Source: a virus
Length of the DNA stretch: 64,000 nucleotides
IMG/VR virus record: IMGVR_UViG_3300000980_000024
Direction: 5' to 3' (one strand)
The position numbers and the translations under genes were made by a program. This document shows, piece by piece, positions 46,801 to 56,333 of the stretch. The notes under the pieces were generated by a model, which was not told where the DNA came from, did no database searches, and saw only the letters and a program-made list of their open reading frames with translations. Positions within the stretch are counted from its first letter, which is position 1; each line of letters starts with the position of its first letter.

Positions 46801-47566
46801 GCATTTCTTCCGCAGTATAGTAATCAAAAAGTTTAAAGTTACCTTCGTCATCTCGCGTACCTATACGTATATCGCCAAATTTTGTACCAATAGTATTACC
46901 GAGAGAGCTTATCCCTTCTACAGCTTTACCCAGTGTGTCAAGTACGCCTTGTCCAATAAATGCTCGCCCAGCACTTTCTAACCCACTTACTTCATCAGTA
47001 GTGGTTTGTTGCGCAATAGTTTCTTGTTGGCGATCAAACCTTGTGTCAAACAAGGATCTGTTCTCACCGACAGTACCTTGTGTATTATATGGTGTCTCGA
47101 TGAATGCGTTATCTAAACGCTCAGACAAAGATTTTCTGTAGTCAGATTCACTAACACCTGGTGGTACTCTAAACTGTGGGTGTGATGGGTTATCAATCAA
47201 GTTGTCTAAGTAACTGTCACGGTATAAACCTACTTGATTCTCTTCGTACAACCCTTCCTTGTTGTTATCATACACGTACGCCATAAAGTTATCAGGGTTT
47301 ATCTGGTAATCTTCATCTGGTTCTGGTAAACCAATAAATGGTCTTGCGTCAGGTATGTCGTCCAATGTTTGCAGTAATACTTGATTGTTATCACTACCCT
47401 TAAATCGATCAGACTCTGATAGATCACGGGCGTACCCATCAATAAACTCTGAGTATAATTGTTGTTTTTGTTCTTCTTGTAGCTCTTGATCAGGGTCAAC
47501 ATCAAAAGAACTTAGACCCGAGTTAGCGTAACCCTTAAAGTCGAACGTATCAAAAGTGATTGACAT
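40886..47566 (-). CDS. large internal virion/ejection protein (polyvalent: ART-like and zincin HExxH domains)
   Basis: 2226 aa among virion genes; A/G-rich hydrophobic N-terminal region; FRGH...FTFASS...A.TY...GYDSV; HEVAH with a downstream HE. Confidence 0.75.
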   Translation of the reverse strand: MSITFDTFDFKGYANSGLSSFDVDPDQELQEEQKQQLYSEFIDGYARDLSESDRFKGSDNNQVLLQTLDDIPDARPFIGLPEPDEDYQINPDNFMAYVYDNNKEGLYEENQVGLYRDSYLDNLIDNPSHPQFRVPPGVSESDYRKSLSERLDNAFIETPYNTQGTVGENRSLFDTRFDRQQETIAQQTTTDEVSGLESAGRAFIGQGVLDTLGKAVEGISSLGNTIGTKFGDIRIGTRDDEGNFKLFDYYTAEEMQQAVAEHGLSGDLIGRLGQSIQDLGADIAEEGNEESIWFKAASIAGQLATYIGGGFAGGLARGTAGAVATTGSLGVTSGSQYQVDDYEQTLLANGEKFDPDAAANTALWGGAFGALEAVPGFKAAGRFLGFVDSPTFLKFLNDETNGRIVTALKRGSVGAFEEGLQEVVSEYASNQVAKNIVGYDPDRDVYSGLVEAGEVGSAAGFTINALLGLIDGRRIAQSQPTDTTNDSQPERVAPEFDQTTDTSQPNVEPVETVNQPNTAVSEPDQTDTGEIVTNTESEQTTNTQETTVFTPQTVGNQNGYASQGSAQRAIQVRKDTSDLVINQDYQIIENDGRFFAETIEQPILEPGQSDLNSISATAGNSEVFFRGHDADSAVSTNDFTFASSSPIAARTYTQRGGNVSQIAVSNENQLTIDLKGGDFTENSLDATVTDDKGKSFKLSQLFGDLDTNVVDTNTVTKAAQLNGYDSVRFENIVDIGGRAGLLDVTNEVERDVFNQENPNQNYDEVVQTDPQDPRIVRAKEVATESVGRPTTVVATINPQVRQGTIDSDYQIDFARKIAGYAAPRQNAELFSLADDGTATLTAGNADGVDVDIVLSDRESINDVLVNAEVSSTLNSINSVTDTSTIGEWVPSDLDPYLDALPPRIRDLINIHTTAENNPLVGTNATGRISFSGPDGVQINIDARPSERSLSDVVNTISHEVAHFGLDSWGDARFQKMYDRAFEILKPRIGAELKPYLRHYNVTVDATTPATRWMLVHEYFAKHNSTLLDIKSGSMDGVLTEQQFNQLQKDVIDNGAVSIIQDLTSGSDQPSREFIENIVKAQTAATSNRKLHVTYLQDGLNGKKRRVQIRTTPSGKTINVSNNDADSQHFARLINLHANAKDNNDLVSKVNLGLDRYVKGFVGEQFLGNKITNISSGGLQAMLRNRVNGLRDASNKHKGISARLKTEEGASRFSHIDSLIKKTRNFDSESELSTAPVFDFTVSENETYEKRLSNAGIKKSRYVKDARELDQLITEGNAAVIDGVREIQAAITKSERLAAAMVAVHSNDNRSGNTSNTLNEMITEVRDFKNRFTEDYRHREYRSFTPDGVRLVQDILTDFTAPNKVGRGVEDRVSQAIKDVAIVKADLRDGKITEKSAINKINKLEPIINLGHRKKIIQLWAREQAGPDANQSQVNQVVIDYLSKHVEDHDPKQSSLRSTDKLQLVDGVRGRTLNENVATDRLLMKFLDPVTEPLEVLIGTREQQNKTLAILNWANDYSEVLFRSGIARFKGADATNSWRGSPILQKYQKGSILAHIEVPEFIAEETNSMFKTIDAVEENWIERLFAYTKKNLTVQNIDLGASNYVSSAFLSGMGGHYAYLNRFGTAGRGIKELWDRRNRVGVTENETYPQLIARELEENYLSNAGVTSLDVEVGRTDLFEKLVTGVMDFTGNPGGEATRVETRRKLEKINDALETAYSFGDDYSKVLPYILNRELAVAKAETVILRDNYPNTEKGKQQYDRDILRMAVPEAVNRTSRETFVWSLAPTWFKSLARAKWHPFTSNFMMHPQQFLRIMVDSHRLWFEDISEYTRAVKEGHKEYANVLGGRIAARTAGLALTDATNYAVIAGGIPLASQGISSLLDAINEDQEVEDNEIVLSGEKLQAVQTIAHRFSYDGSSLYTPVRQIVDTDKWEVTMWNNARTNINLSLAVPPDSDSGEFSFENSVWGFVNKFAGNKDDNSNLIRKFIRLTDQQPEDQYGNEITKSKAFLELGESFAPIPTWVKDAFYHKPAAIYDVVNGVSIENPNEDQIKAMQDGVSELISTTGTKVRVFDLKKTVRSHGYDLARQWSSFSRNADIKSNLSRLMSGDLLTTEQTADIVSEMIDVADEMDTGNLTFVQAYQQLGMSNEEIQGFMTSRDDKRKVASRIAGKDQVNALLQGRSIFRDRVSKVITDAIDDQKVNINRANVDIDAVRNNIKSLTLALAHVR

Positions 47567-47569
47567 TAG

Positions 47570-48061
47570 TTACCCTTTAGTTAATAAATAATCAAAAAAG
47601 CTTTTTTCTTCTTTTGTTAAGTCCGATTCAACATCCGACTCTGTTAGTAATTCAATAACATCTTTCCTAGTTGCTAACCGAGGATACATGATTCGATGTG
47701 TATCTGCGCGTGATTCATCAATCTGATCAATGAATTCTTTATGTTCGGTTATGTCATCATTAGGATAATGAAACGCAACAATCATATCATTGATGTTACC
47801 AAGGTTCTCATAATTTACTCGATCTATTGCTAACGCTGCCGTGACGTTAGTTTGTAAACCAAACACATCTGTTACACCTACTTCAGTAGCCTGTTCAATT
47901 GTCATTGGCATAAATCCAAACTTACCACCGTCACCGATGTACTCATCGTCACCTTCAGATAACAACAATGCTCTTGTCACAAACCCAATAGGGTCAGGGT
48001 GACCAAAAGGTTTAATAAAACCCTCATATATTTCCCTCAATTGCAATGAATCTAATATCAT
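47570..48061 (-). CDS. virion-associated degenerate lytic transglycosylase-like protein
   Basis: ALLLSEG, KFGFMPMT, N...A......MIVAFHY parallel the SLT motifs. Confidence 0.5.
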   Translation of the reverse strand: MILDSLQLREIYEGFIKPFGHPDPIGFVTRALLLSEGDDEYIGDGGKFGFMPMTIEQATEVGVTDVFGLQTNVTAALAIDRVNYENLGNINDMIVAFHYPNDDITEHKEFIDQIDESRADTHRIMYPRLATRKDVIELLTESDVESDLTKEEKSFFDYLLTKG

Positions 48062-49377
48062 GAGCGTAAGTCCCTCAGTACTTGTTCCTGTTGAGCAATG
48101 GCAGCTTGCATGCTTGATCTTTGCGCAGGGTCAGTAATACTGGCCAAAGCCTGACGTTGAGAATCTAATGTTGCTTGGATCTGCTGAACCCTGATGTCAT
48201 CATCACTTACCAGACTCTTATCTAATTTGGTAAGTAAGTTTGACCTTGCTGCTGATACTTGATCACTTTCATCAGACGGTAATGCCGCTATCGCAGCAAC
48301 AATACCACTACTGTCACTCAACCCTTCTGTACCAATTTCATTATTTAAAATGTTTAATGGTGCAAGTAATGACTCATCACGACTTTCGATAAATTGATTT
48401 GCTAAATCGTCACGTTGTATTATCTGAGTTAAACGTTGTTGTTCGGTTATTTCAGGAACAGGTTCTGGTTCAACGGGTAATAACTCAGTTGCAGGTGTGG
48501 TAGCTTCATCAGTTGACGATTCGATAATCTCATTTAAATCATTAATGTTCTCAGGTTGTCGTCTTAGTGTCTCGGGTATTCCATCTGCACCAACGCCATC
48601 ATTGTTGATTGCAGCGGGTGCCGTAGTTATTTGATTAGCATTAACCAACGGTTGTACGTTTGCATTGCCTTGTCTAGCAAAATCTAAGAATGACCCAACC
48701 TGTTCATTTGTATCGCTTGATATTCGTTGCCTTTCGACAGATGCATCAGCGGTAATTTGAACTTGTTGAGTTCTGGCTGCATTGTCTGCAGCACGTAAGG
48801 CCGCATTAGCAGCTTGGTCTTGTGCAGTATTGTTATCAGCTTGTAATTCCTGTAGGTCATTAGCGTCACCTTGTGAGATCAATGCTGCGTTGTTCACATT
48901 CTGTTCAAAATTAGTAGTGGCTAATTGCGACTGAGCCTGAATAAACGTTTGCTCAGCTTGATTTAAATCAGTTTGTCGTTGATTAGCTGCTTCAATTGAA
49001 GCTATTGCAACATCACGTTGTTCACCTAACCTATCAGCCTGTGATGCTCTTGCTAACTCAAACCCAGCAAAAATAGAAGTCAGTGTCGGTGCGTTAATAT
49101 TTGAATGCTGAATTAAAAAATCTAATGTCTTATCGTTCAGTACATTCTGAGTAATCTCACTGTACTCACGATTAATTGTATCAATACGAGATTGTGAGTC
49201 TTGTCTGAACTGCAATAAGTTCCTAGAATTGTTGAGTTGTAATTCACTTAAACCAGAGTATCGATCATTAAAACTTCTAAATGATGCTCTATTAGCAATG
49301 GCCTGACGTTCTCTTATGTTACGGAATGATCCGTTTTCAGAATTTGCTCTACGTGTTACTGCGTTATTAGTAGCCAT
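48058..49377 (-). CDS. internal virion/ejection protein (Q/A/N-rich coiled coil)
   Basis: 439 aa, Cys-free, upstream of the large ejection protein. Confidence 0.6.
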   Translation of the reverse strand: MATNNAVTRRANSENGSFRNIRERQAIANRASFRSFNDRYSGLSELQLNNSRNLLQFRQDSQSRIDTINREYSEITQNVLNDKTLDFLIQHSNINAPTLTSIFAGFELARASQADRLGEQRDVAIASIEAANQRQTDLNQAEQTFIQAQSQLATTNFEQNVNNAALISQGDANDLQELQADNNTAQDQAANAALRAADNAARTQQVQITADASVERQRISSDTNEQVGSFLDFARQGNANVQPLVNANQITTAPAAINNDGVGADGIPETLRRQPENINDLNEIIESSTDEATTPATELLPVEPEPVPEITEQQRLTQIIQRDDLANQFIESRDESLLAPLNILNNEIGTEGLSDSSGIVAAIAALPSDESDQVSAARSNLLTKLDKSLVSDDDIRVQQIQATLDSQRQALASITDPAQRSSMQAAIAQQEQVLRDLRS

Positions 49378-49961
49378 TAGTGAAGTATATTAAATAGTGA
49401 CTTACCAAAGGCGACCCCTGCTGAATTAAAGCCCTGTGATAAGGATGTTATTGTTTTAAACGACGATTGGATTATAGCAGTAGTTGTTGATGATGCATAC
49501 CGTTCCACACCGACAGGGGCATTCACAACGGCTTGCCATCGTTGCAACGTGTGTAAATTACTGATGTGTCGTTCTTTATTTAAAGTGTTCGCCCTACTTC
49601 TAGCGACTATATCAAGTGGTTCATGTGCGTATAATTGATTGAAGTGTACTCGTTCTAATGGCGTAAAACCTCGTGATGAACTGAATGACCGCCGCAATGA
49701 CTCACCATATTGGTAGAACCCCACACCTTTGTTGCGTTTAACAGCTGATTCACACACAGCATACTCAGGTAAAGTTTTGTAATACTCATAGAAATCCGGA
49801 TCACAATCACGAAACTCTTTGTAATATTCTTTGTTCTCATCAGCCGTAGTGCACAACCAATCAGCCAACTCATCCAACTTTTCTTTGTATTTATCTAAGC
49901 CATCCAGATAGTATGTCATCTGTGCAACTTGAATAATCAAGCTTGCTATTTCCCAAAACAT
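49377..49961 (-). CDS. putative virion (pilot) protein
   Basis: Position; C-terminal GFNSAG shared with 49961..50785. Confidence 0.5.
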   Translation of the reverse strand: MFWEIASLIIQVAQMTYYLDGLDKYKEKLDELADWLCTTADENKEYYKEFRDCDPDFYEYYKTLPEYAVCESAVKRNKGVGFYQYGESLRRSFSSSRGFTPLERVHFNQLYAHEPLDIVARSRANTLNKERHISNLHTLQRWQAVVNAPVGVERYASSTTTAIIQSSFKTITSLSQGFNSAGVAFGKSLFNILH

Positions 49962-50785
49962 TACGCAACACCACTATAATCGACATAACTTTGTCCCGCC
50001 GAATTACCAGCAGAACCACCGATTGGGTCTGTACCTGTGCTCGTACCACTCGCCAATCGACCCAATAAAACACCTGCTGCGGCACCCGCTGAGTTAAAAC
50101 CAGATATGAATATGTCAGCAAACCCTTGATGGATTGTTGCACCTTGTTGGTACATGGCCAACACTTCGCCACTATTAAACACAGACTTCATACCCTGCTG
50201 TGCTGTTCTAACCATACTAGTTTTATGCTGCCTAAACGCTTCTTGTTCCCGCTTAGCGTTGTTAGCTATTGCTCCACCAGCGTTGCTTCCAGCCTTAGCT
50301 GCCGCCAATGAACCCTCATGCACACACCAATTATCAGGTATACCACCACATGTTTGATCAGCAAGGTGTTCAGACTTTAAATCTACAGCACGACCATCAT
50401 CTTCTGACTCATCAGCACAATAAATAGCGTCTGAGCAAGTGTCAATAGTGGGTAACCCTAAGCCAGTGAGTACATCTTTTTTACACCGTAACATGGGTAA
50501 ATCTTGATTAACTTTGTAATCTTGGATGTCCTGCATAAACTCAATTTGCTTGTCGATCTTTTCATCGCGCGCATCTATTGCGTCATTGTACTTATCCCAA
50601 TAGAAAACCAACTGCCCTAGTTGCAGACCCAGCTGGAAAATAGTAGCTATATCAAGATCGATGTCTCTTTGATTTTGGTTGGTATACCATGTGCCACCTT
50701 GTTGTAAATAAGTTACTGCGTTTGCATCAGTGATTGACGATATGTTATTAGCTGAAACAGTTACGGTCATACTGTTATACTCCAA
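49961..50785 (-). CDS. putative virion (pilot) protein
   Basis: Ala/Gly-rich C-terminus with GFNSAG. Confidence 0.5.
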   Translation of the reverse strand: MEYNSMTVTVSANNISSITDANAVTYLQQGGTWYTNQNQRDIDLDIATIFQLGLQLGQLVFYWDKYNDAIDARDEKIDKQIEFMQDIQDYKVNQDLPMLRCKKDVLTGLGLPTIDTCSDAIYCADESEDDGRAVDLKSEHLADQTCGGIPDNWCVHEGSLAAAKAGSNAGGAIANNAKREQEAFRQHKTSMVRTAQQGMKSVFNSGEVLAMYQQGATIHQGFADIFISGFNSAGAAAGVLLGRLASGTSTGTDPIGGSAGNSAGQSYVDYSGVA

Positions 50786-51189
50786 TAAAATCTATCAGGG
50801 TGAGTCGGATGTGGTTTAGCCAAGAAACCAGTTCTATGCATCAAGATATTCATTTCATAATGACTTACAAAAGTCTCAGCGTAAATCGCACCACCACTAT
50901 GAGCACTCTTGACATGCTCGAACAGTTTCATGGTTATCCGTATGTCACCATTACCATTGTTCATTGCTGAGACTTCAATCTCTCTTGTCTCAGGGTTGAA
51001 CACCATCATACCTTTCATGTGATCTTCGCTATCGACAACGCAATATATAATCACGCCTCTATCGAAAGAGTCCTCAATATAGTTAAAGTCTTCTGGTTTT
51101 TCTTGTCCGGGTGGAACAGCAACCCACGGAAGATCCATAAACCCTTCCAGTTGACTGATGTCATCTTTTGTTGCTGTGCGAATATCCAT
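50767..51189 (-). CDS. GNAT-fold acetyltransferase-like protein
   Basis: MDIRTAT..D, GMMVF, N..M...GF; GNAT genes commonly sit here in podoviruses. Confidence 0.55.
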   Translation of the reverse strand: MDIRTATKDDISQLEGFMDLPWVAVPPGQEKPEDFNYIEDSFDRGVIIYCVVDSEDHMKGMMVFNPETREIEVSAMNNGNGDIRITMKLFEHVKSAHSGGAIYAETFVSHYEMNILMHRTGFLAKPHPTHPDRFYWSITV

Positions 51190-51689
51190 TACTTACTCAA
51201 CGACTCAAACATTCTAGTCATACCAGCATCAAGCTGAATAAGTTGACGGAACTTACGGTCAAATTCTAAAGCAAACGTATGTCCTTTCCATAATGATGCA
51301 ATCAATGTAATGGTATCAAACTGTGTCATATACACAGCTTTCGATTGCTCAACTAAACTAACTGGTGGTTTATTCGCTGAGTTCATTGCCGCCATGTATT
51401 CCATCATTGTTTGGAATTTAATATCAACCATCATTAGTGATGATCGGATTGCCGCAAAATTTTGAAGATAGAACTCATTAGTAGTTAACCCTGTATCAAA
51501 ACGCTTCACCATGTGCAACGCTTCCGGTGGCACAGGTACTTGTGTTTGATTAGTCATAACGCCGATTGCAACCATTAGATCCAATGTCAGCGTAGACGTT
51601 ACATAGTTAACAACTTCATGAACCTCTGGTGCCTCTGAAAAATGGTCATGTATGGCTTTACTTATATTATTTGGTGTTGAATCCGTCAT
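51189..51689 (-). CDS. hypothetical virion-region protein
   Basis: 166-aa ORF, GAGGT RBS. Confidence 0.6.
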   Translation of the reverse strand: MTDSTPNNISKAIHDHFSEAPEVHEVVNYVTSTLTLDLMVAIGVMTNQTQVPVPPEALHMVKRFDTGLTTNEFYLQNFAAIRSSLMMVDIKFQTMMEYMAAMNSANKPPVSLVEQSKAVYMTQFDTITLIASLWKGHTFALEFDRKFRQLIQLDAGMTRMFESLSK

Positions 51690-53431
51690 GTTACCTCTAT
51701 TTGTGAATTAGAATTGTTAGTTAGTTCTTGATTGGATGTGGCCATCCGCACTTCATGCATGATAGCACAGCTTGTCATCTTAACAGCGAAAGTCTGAGAT
51801 GAGCAATACTTAGGGATACTAAACCCACGAGAACAAATAATTTCTATTCCGTCAACAATTAAATCTTTCTTACCAAACCGCCACCGATAATATTCTAAAT
51901 CAATAGAGTCGGTGCGCTCATCAAACTCGACTCTCATCTTACTGAATCGATTCTTACCTTCATTGTCCACGTATATCCATACAGTCCATGGACAACAGTT
52001 ACACCTGTCACACTTTGGTGGGTTCACGTGATCAGCTATTTCAAAATCACCGCAATCAGATCGCCGATAATCCCAGCAGTATATGTCACCATCCTGCTGA
52101 TAGACCAAGTGACCATTGTGATCTGTAGCAAACGCATTAGCGTTTATATAACTGATCGGCATTATGTGGGTATCAGTGTATCGATTGTCAGTCCCATCTT
52201 GCCCGAACTCCATCATTAATGAGTAGTCCATCTTGTCGGATGAGAATATGTAACCATATTCATATGCCGTACCTGTGATTGTCTGAGGGTCCATGTTCTT
52301 CCACTGCTCTGGGCTAAACAAACCATTTGACCCAACCGACCTAATATCGGCACCGTAACCGGATGTATCCCAAGCGTAGAAAGAATACTCACTTGCGAAG
52401 TAAACTACATTACCGTAGCACGATAGGCTCCTGACAGACGTGAGTGGTAACCTTCTCTTGATTACTTGCTTATCAACTGTCATGACGTTCTGACTGTGTT
52501 GATAGCTAAGCTTGACAGGGTGGTTGTCTGTAAGTACAAAAATTGTATTATTGATTGCCGCTATTGCACGTATGGTATCTTCAATCTCAACCACACCATC
52601 AAATGTAAACTGAGGTTGCCCTGCAACACTAATGTAAACTCTGTTGGTATCAGCCACAACAATACCGTCAGTCGTTCTCGCTAGACCAATTAGGTTTGTT
52701 GGTGCTGGGAATGCTGAGGGTGAGTATGTTGTTAACGGGTAGCCTGTTTCACTTGCCGGTACGTTGTCATTGAATGACCCACCGTCCCCACCAGCAAACT
52801 CTGCCACTAAAACAAACTCTGCTCCCATTGGGGCTATCGATGTCGTACCATCTTCATATGTAGTTTCTACTCGGTAAAGCCTTGTTGCCATCACACAGTA
52901 CCCACCAGGTGCTGCGCCCCAACTTACACTTGCGTTCGGTACATTACCGTTACTTGCCACAATTTCACTGGCTGGACTTGGTGCTGATTCAACCTGAATA
53001 CCCGCATGCTGTGTGACATAAGTGACAACATACGAAACACCTACACCATCGCACCCGCCACTACAACCACTTGACACAGATGGCGCTTGCTTTGTTGTCG
53101 GTGCACCTGCTAGACATGAACTGTTGTTTGCACATAGCTCTGATTCGGTTGCTTGCCTTAATTGTGAATTCGCTACGTAGAAATGCTGCTCACTACAGAA
53201 ACCTTTAACGATTGGTGTGTCAGCTTCAAACCCTAAACATTTACAATCTGGTAATGGGTATAGTGTTGAGTATGCTGGTTCTGATTGGCAAACAACCTCA
53301 GGGCAAGCAAATGGCCTCACATCATTATGACGCAAGTTAGCATCCCATATCTCGATAGAACCACCACGAAGAAACTTATTCGATAAGTGATTGACTCTCC
53401 AATTTTCTCGGTAGATCGCTGTAGTGGCCAT
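51686..53431 (-). CDS. probable tail nozzle/stabilisation protein, Cys-rich
   Basis: 581 aa, beta-propeller-like repeats, after adaptors and before ejection proteins. Confidence 0.6.
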   Translation of the reverse strand: MATTAIYRENWRVNHLSNKFLRGGSIEIWDANLRHNDVRPFACPEVVCQSEPAYSTLYPLPDCKCLGFEADTPIVKGFCSEQHFYVANSQLRQATESELCANNSSCLAGAPTTKQAPSVSSGCSGGCDGVGVSYVVTYVTQHAGIQVESAPSPASEIVASNGNVPNASVSWGAAPGGYCVMATRLYRVETTYEDGTTSIAPMGAEFVLVAEFAGGDGGSFNDNVPASETGYPLTTYSPSAFPAPTNLIGLARTTDGIVVADTNRVYISVAGQPQFTFDGVVEIEDTIRAIAAINNTIFVLTDNHPVKLSYQHSQNVMTVDKQVIKRRLPLTSVRSLSCYGNVVYFASEYSFYAWDTSGYGADIRSVGSNGLFSPEQWKNMDPQTITGTAYEYGYIFSSDKMDYSLMMEFGQDGTDNRYTDTHIMPISYINANAFATDHNGHLVYQQDGDIYCWDYRRSDCGDFEIADHVNPPKCDRCNCCPWTVWIYVDNEGKNRFSKMRVEFDERTDSIDLEYYRWRFGKKDLIVDGIEIICSRGFSIPKYCSSQTFAVKMTSCAIMHEVRMATSNQELTNNSNSQIEVT

Positions 53432-53433
53432 AG

Positions 53434-53997
53434 TTACTCGTCACAACTTATGTCGCTAGTTGGTACACTTTTTAAGTCACAACCAGATGTCACAGTGACA
53501 ATTCGATCACTAACTACTAACGGACCTTGTGGTATACCATTAGGGTATAAATCACAGAATACAATGTTACCTTTAACTTCTTCAATGATTGCATCTTTTA
53601 ATGTACCAAATGTGACGAACCCTGACGGGCAACCGTCATCATCTAATATCGACAACTTGGTTTCGTCTGTTAACGTTGTTGGTTCTGTGTTGTTACAATA
53701 ATCAGGTAGCCCGTCACCATCTGCATCATTGTCATCACCCACATCTGGGCATGTGACTGTGAAACAACTATTGGACGGTAATGTTATTTGTTCCTCATTA
53801 AAAGCAAACAGGATTACTAACCCATCACTAGCTAAACCTATCGAACCAGAATACGTGACGTCACCTACTTCAATTACAAATTGACAATCGTCTCCCACCT
53901 TATCGAATACGTCATCCCAGTTGCTAATACATTCGGGCCCAAGTACCGCTGTTGTGGTTATTATTGGACAGCTTGTTACTACAGTAAACATTGACAT
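53434..53997 (-). CDS. Cys-rich virion protein
   Basis: About 10 Cys in 187 aa; DNDADGDGLPD Ca-binding-like motif. Confidence 0.55.
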   Translation of the reverse strand: MSMFTVVTSCPIITTTAVLGPECISNWDDVFDKVGDDCQFVIEVGDVTYSGSIGLASDGLVILFAFNEEQITLPSNSCFTVTCPDVGDDNDADGDGLPDYCNNTEPTTLTDETKLSILDDDGCPSGFVTFGTLKDAIIEEVKGNIVFCDLYPNGIPQGPLVVSDRIVTVTSGCDLKSVPTSDISCDE

Positions 53998-54566
53998 TAC
54001 TCTGCTACCTCTGTTTCATCAGCAGTTACTACATTGTTAACTCTTGTTATTCCGTAACCATCCCGTGTCTTAACCTTAGCTGTGATGTATTTTTTATTAC
54101 AGTACAAACAACCATCATCAGACTTAGATCGACCACACCCGCATCTTTTTTCGGGGTCACATGTTGGTTCAACCCACATTGTTTTATTGCAAGTATCTGT
54201 GGTGTTAGCGCCTTTAATGTAATGCCCCGGCGCCTTAATAATTTCTAACTTACCAAACACACAAGCCTTATCACAGTCATCAGCAGGTACTGTGATTAAC
54301 TTCGCGTCATAGAAACCCTTAGGTGCTTCACTTAAAAATTCATCACTAATTTCAAAATGAGCACATGAGTCAGCGTTGACAACATAACTAGTCATCTCAT
54401 AACTGGTGCTGTGCTTATGACCCCTGCGTCTCAACTTCAAGACAATGTTAGGGTGATCACAAATTAAATAACTACCATTTGCTCGGCCAATATCAATAAT
54501 TATTTGATTGGTCTTCGGTCCAACGTACAAACGTGGGTTAGCATGCGCAACCATCATTACCTCCAC
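53997..54566 (-). CDS. Cys-rich virion protein
   Basis: About 10 Cys in 189 aa. Confidence 0.55.
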   Translation of the reverse strand: MEVMMVAHANPRLYVGPKTNQIIIDIGRANGSYLICDHPNIVLKLRRRGHKHSTSYEMTSYVVNADSCAHFEISDEFLSEAPKGFYDAKLITVPADDCDKACVFGKLEIIKAPGHYIKGANTTDTCNKTMWVEPTCDPEKRCGCGRSKSDDGCLYCNKKYITAKVKTRDGYGITRVNNVVTADETEVAE

Positions 54567-55179
54567 TGGCGTTTGATGTCATAGGTTCGTAGTGAAGTGT
54601 TAACAAACCACCGCCAGTCAGAGCGTTTCGCTTAGCTTTGATGACGTTATGTCGGTAGTACTTTTCCAATCGGTCAACCTTGGTAGTGAATCCCCATGTA
54701 CGCGCTTGCATTCGTGCCAGTCTCCATAACATGTTGGACAGTATTGCATCATAGTGTTCTTGAATAAAATCAGAATCAAACTCACAATGCTCTAATCGCT
54801 TAGGTATCAACGACACCTCAACGTACAAAGCTTCATCAATATCTTTAGTCGGACAACAAGTCAGTGTCAGGCTTTTCTTATCGTAGCAATTCTTAGGGAT
54901 ATTAATTTTGTTTTCTTTAAGGCTGATTACACCATGGACTAAATAACCTTCTGGTGGAATCAGATCATATCGCTGAACATCTTTGTATAGATCAATCGGG
55001 ATCTCTGTGCGATACAGCTCACTGTCACGCATAAACTCAATGACCGCACTACGGTACACTGTCTGTACAGCAATTTTAATTTCTTTGGTTGTCTCGACTT
55101 CATCAGCATCTTTCTTGGGTGCAATGTGTAGCGCTACCTCTTGAAGAAAATCCTCATACCCAATCTTACTCTTGTTCAT
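54538..55179 (-). CDS. putative head-tail adaptor/tail tubular protein
   Basis: Position; EVSLIP...F..EHYDAI...L.RL....W pattern. Confidence 0.55.
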   Translation of the reverse strand: MNKSKIGYEDFLQEVALHIAPKKDADEVETTKEIKIAVQTVYRSAVIEFMRDSELYRTEIPIDLYKDVQRYDLIPPEGYLVHGVISLKENKINIPKNCYDKKSLTLTCCPTKDIDEALYVEVSLIPKRLEHCEFDSDFIQEHYDAILSNMLWRLARMQARTWGFTTKVDRLEKYYRHNVIKAKRNALTGGGLLTLHYEPMTSNASGGNDGCAC

Positions 55180-55904
55180 TAGTCAGCCACCTTACGGCTA
55201 CCGTAATTGTAATCATCTTCACGTAAACTAAATTCAATACGCAACTTTGTCTCAACAAAAAACTGGACAGCTTGAAAATGTAATGTCGCTCTTTCTAAGT
55301 TACTACGTGACTCACTGTCGGTACGGAACAACCACCATAATGCATAGTCTGCAATCATCGAGTGGTATTGACAAAGGTTTGCATCATCAATAGTTTCAAT
55401 TGACGGAGTTGGTGCACAAAGATAAGTTAGCACCGTACCGGCTGGGATGTCAGGGTTGAACTTCAGTACACTAGTACTACCATCAGCAACAGTCCAATTA
55501 TAAGTAATCTCTTCATCATCATTATTTTCGTCATCACTTGATGATGCACTTTCACTGACACACAGGTCACCAAGTAAAGGTAGTAAGTCGATTGAGTCCT
55601 CATCCTCAGACTCATCTTCTTGATTCAAGTCAACACACTGTGTGTCACCGATTGACATGTTCACCAAACTAATGAACCGTTCACATTGAGAACTTAGGTC
55701 AACAACACATGTACCCTCAGACACTGTGTATGTTTTTAATTCAGAAAATTCTTGAGGGATTAACGAGTATAGGTAGCACAACCCTAACTGTAAAGCATCG
55801 CAAATATGAGATTCTGTCCATTCAGTATACGTATCTTGCTTTACACCACTAGGACTCTCACAATGATCGTTAAGTTGTCGTGCTACAAACTCTTTAAGAC
55901 TCAT
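55179..55904 (-). CDS. putative head-tail adaptor
   Basis: VARQLND...WT...I.DAL; DYALWW; F pattern typical of adaptors. Confidence 0.55.
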   Translation of the reverse strand: MSLKEFVARQLNDHCESPSGVKQDTYTEWTESHICDALQLGLCYLYSLIPQEFSELKTYTVSEGTCVVDLSSQCERFISLVNMSIGDTQCVDLNQEDESEDEDSIDLLPLLGDLCVSESASSSDDENNDDEEITYNWTVADGSTSVLKFNPDIPAGTVLTYLCAPTPSIETIDDANLCQYHSMIADYALWWLFRTDSESRSNLERATLHFQAVQFFVETKLRIEFSLREDDYNYGSRKVAD

Positions 55905-55913
55905 TACCTTCGC

Positions 55914-56309
55914 TTACGCGACCTCTTTTTGTTTTATTGCCCCACCTCTTTGTGCACGTAAATGTTTTTCATAGTCATCTGCTTCTGCGTCTGACATTAC
56001 TGTGTACAAAGCCTGTGAAACGTTTGCTGGTGCACCACTTGTTGTATTACTGTCGATGAATCGAATATACAATTCATCGGTCACATAGTTCAAATCATGC
56101 ACTGTTAATTTCGCTGTTAATTTACCATTGGCTTTCGGACCTGGTACTACTGTCCTACCATTGTAATAACCTTCTTTTGTTGTGTTATCGTTTTCCGATG
56201 CTGGTACTTGTGCAACAAGGTATCGAGTTCGTTCCCACAATTTGGCCATTGCTGCCCGTGGGTTTGATGAACTCATTACTTTTGCTGTTATCTGTGCGCT
56301 AGTTGGCAT
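55914..56309 (-). CDS. hypothetical virion-region protein
   Basis: 131 aa, AACGGAG RBS. Confidence 0.6.
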   Translation of the reverse strand: MPTSAQITAKVMSSSNPRAAMAKLWERTRYLVAQVPASENDNTTKEGYYNGRTVVPGPKANGKLTAKLTVHDLNYVTDELYIRFIDSNTTSGAPANVSQALYTVMSDAEADDYEKHLRAQRGGAIKQKEVA

Positions 56310-56333
56310 TCGTTATTCTCCGTTAGTTATAAT

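Noticed and set aside
40886-47566. N4-like virion RNA polymerase
   Set aside because: I could not find single-subunit RNAP motifs. ART-like and HExxH domains fit a polyvalent ejection protein better.
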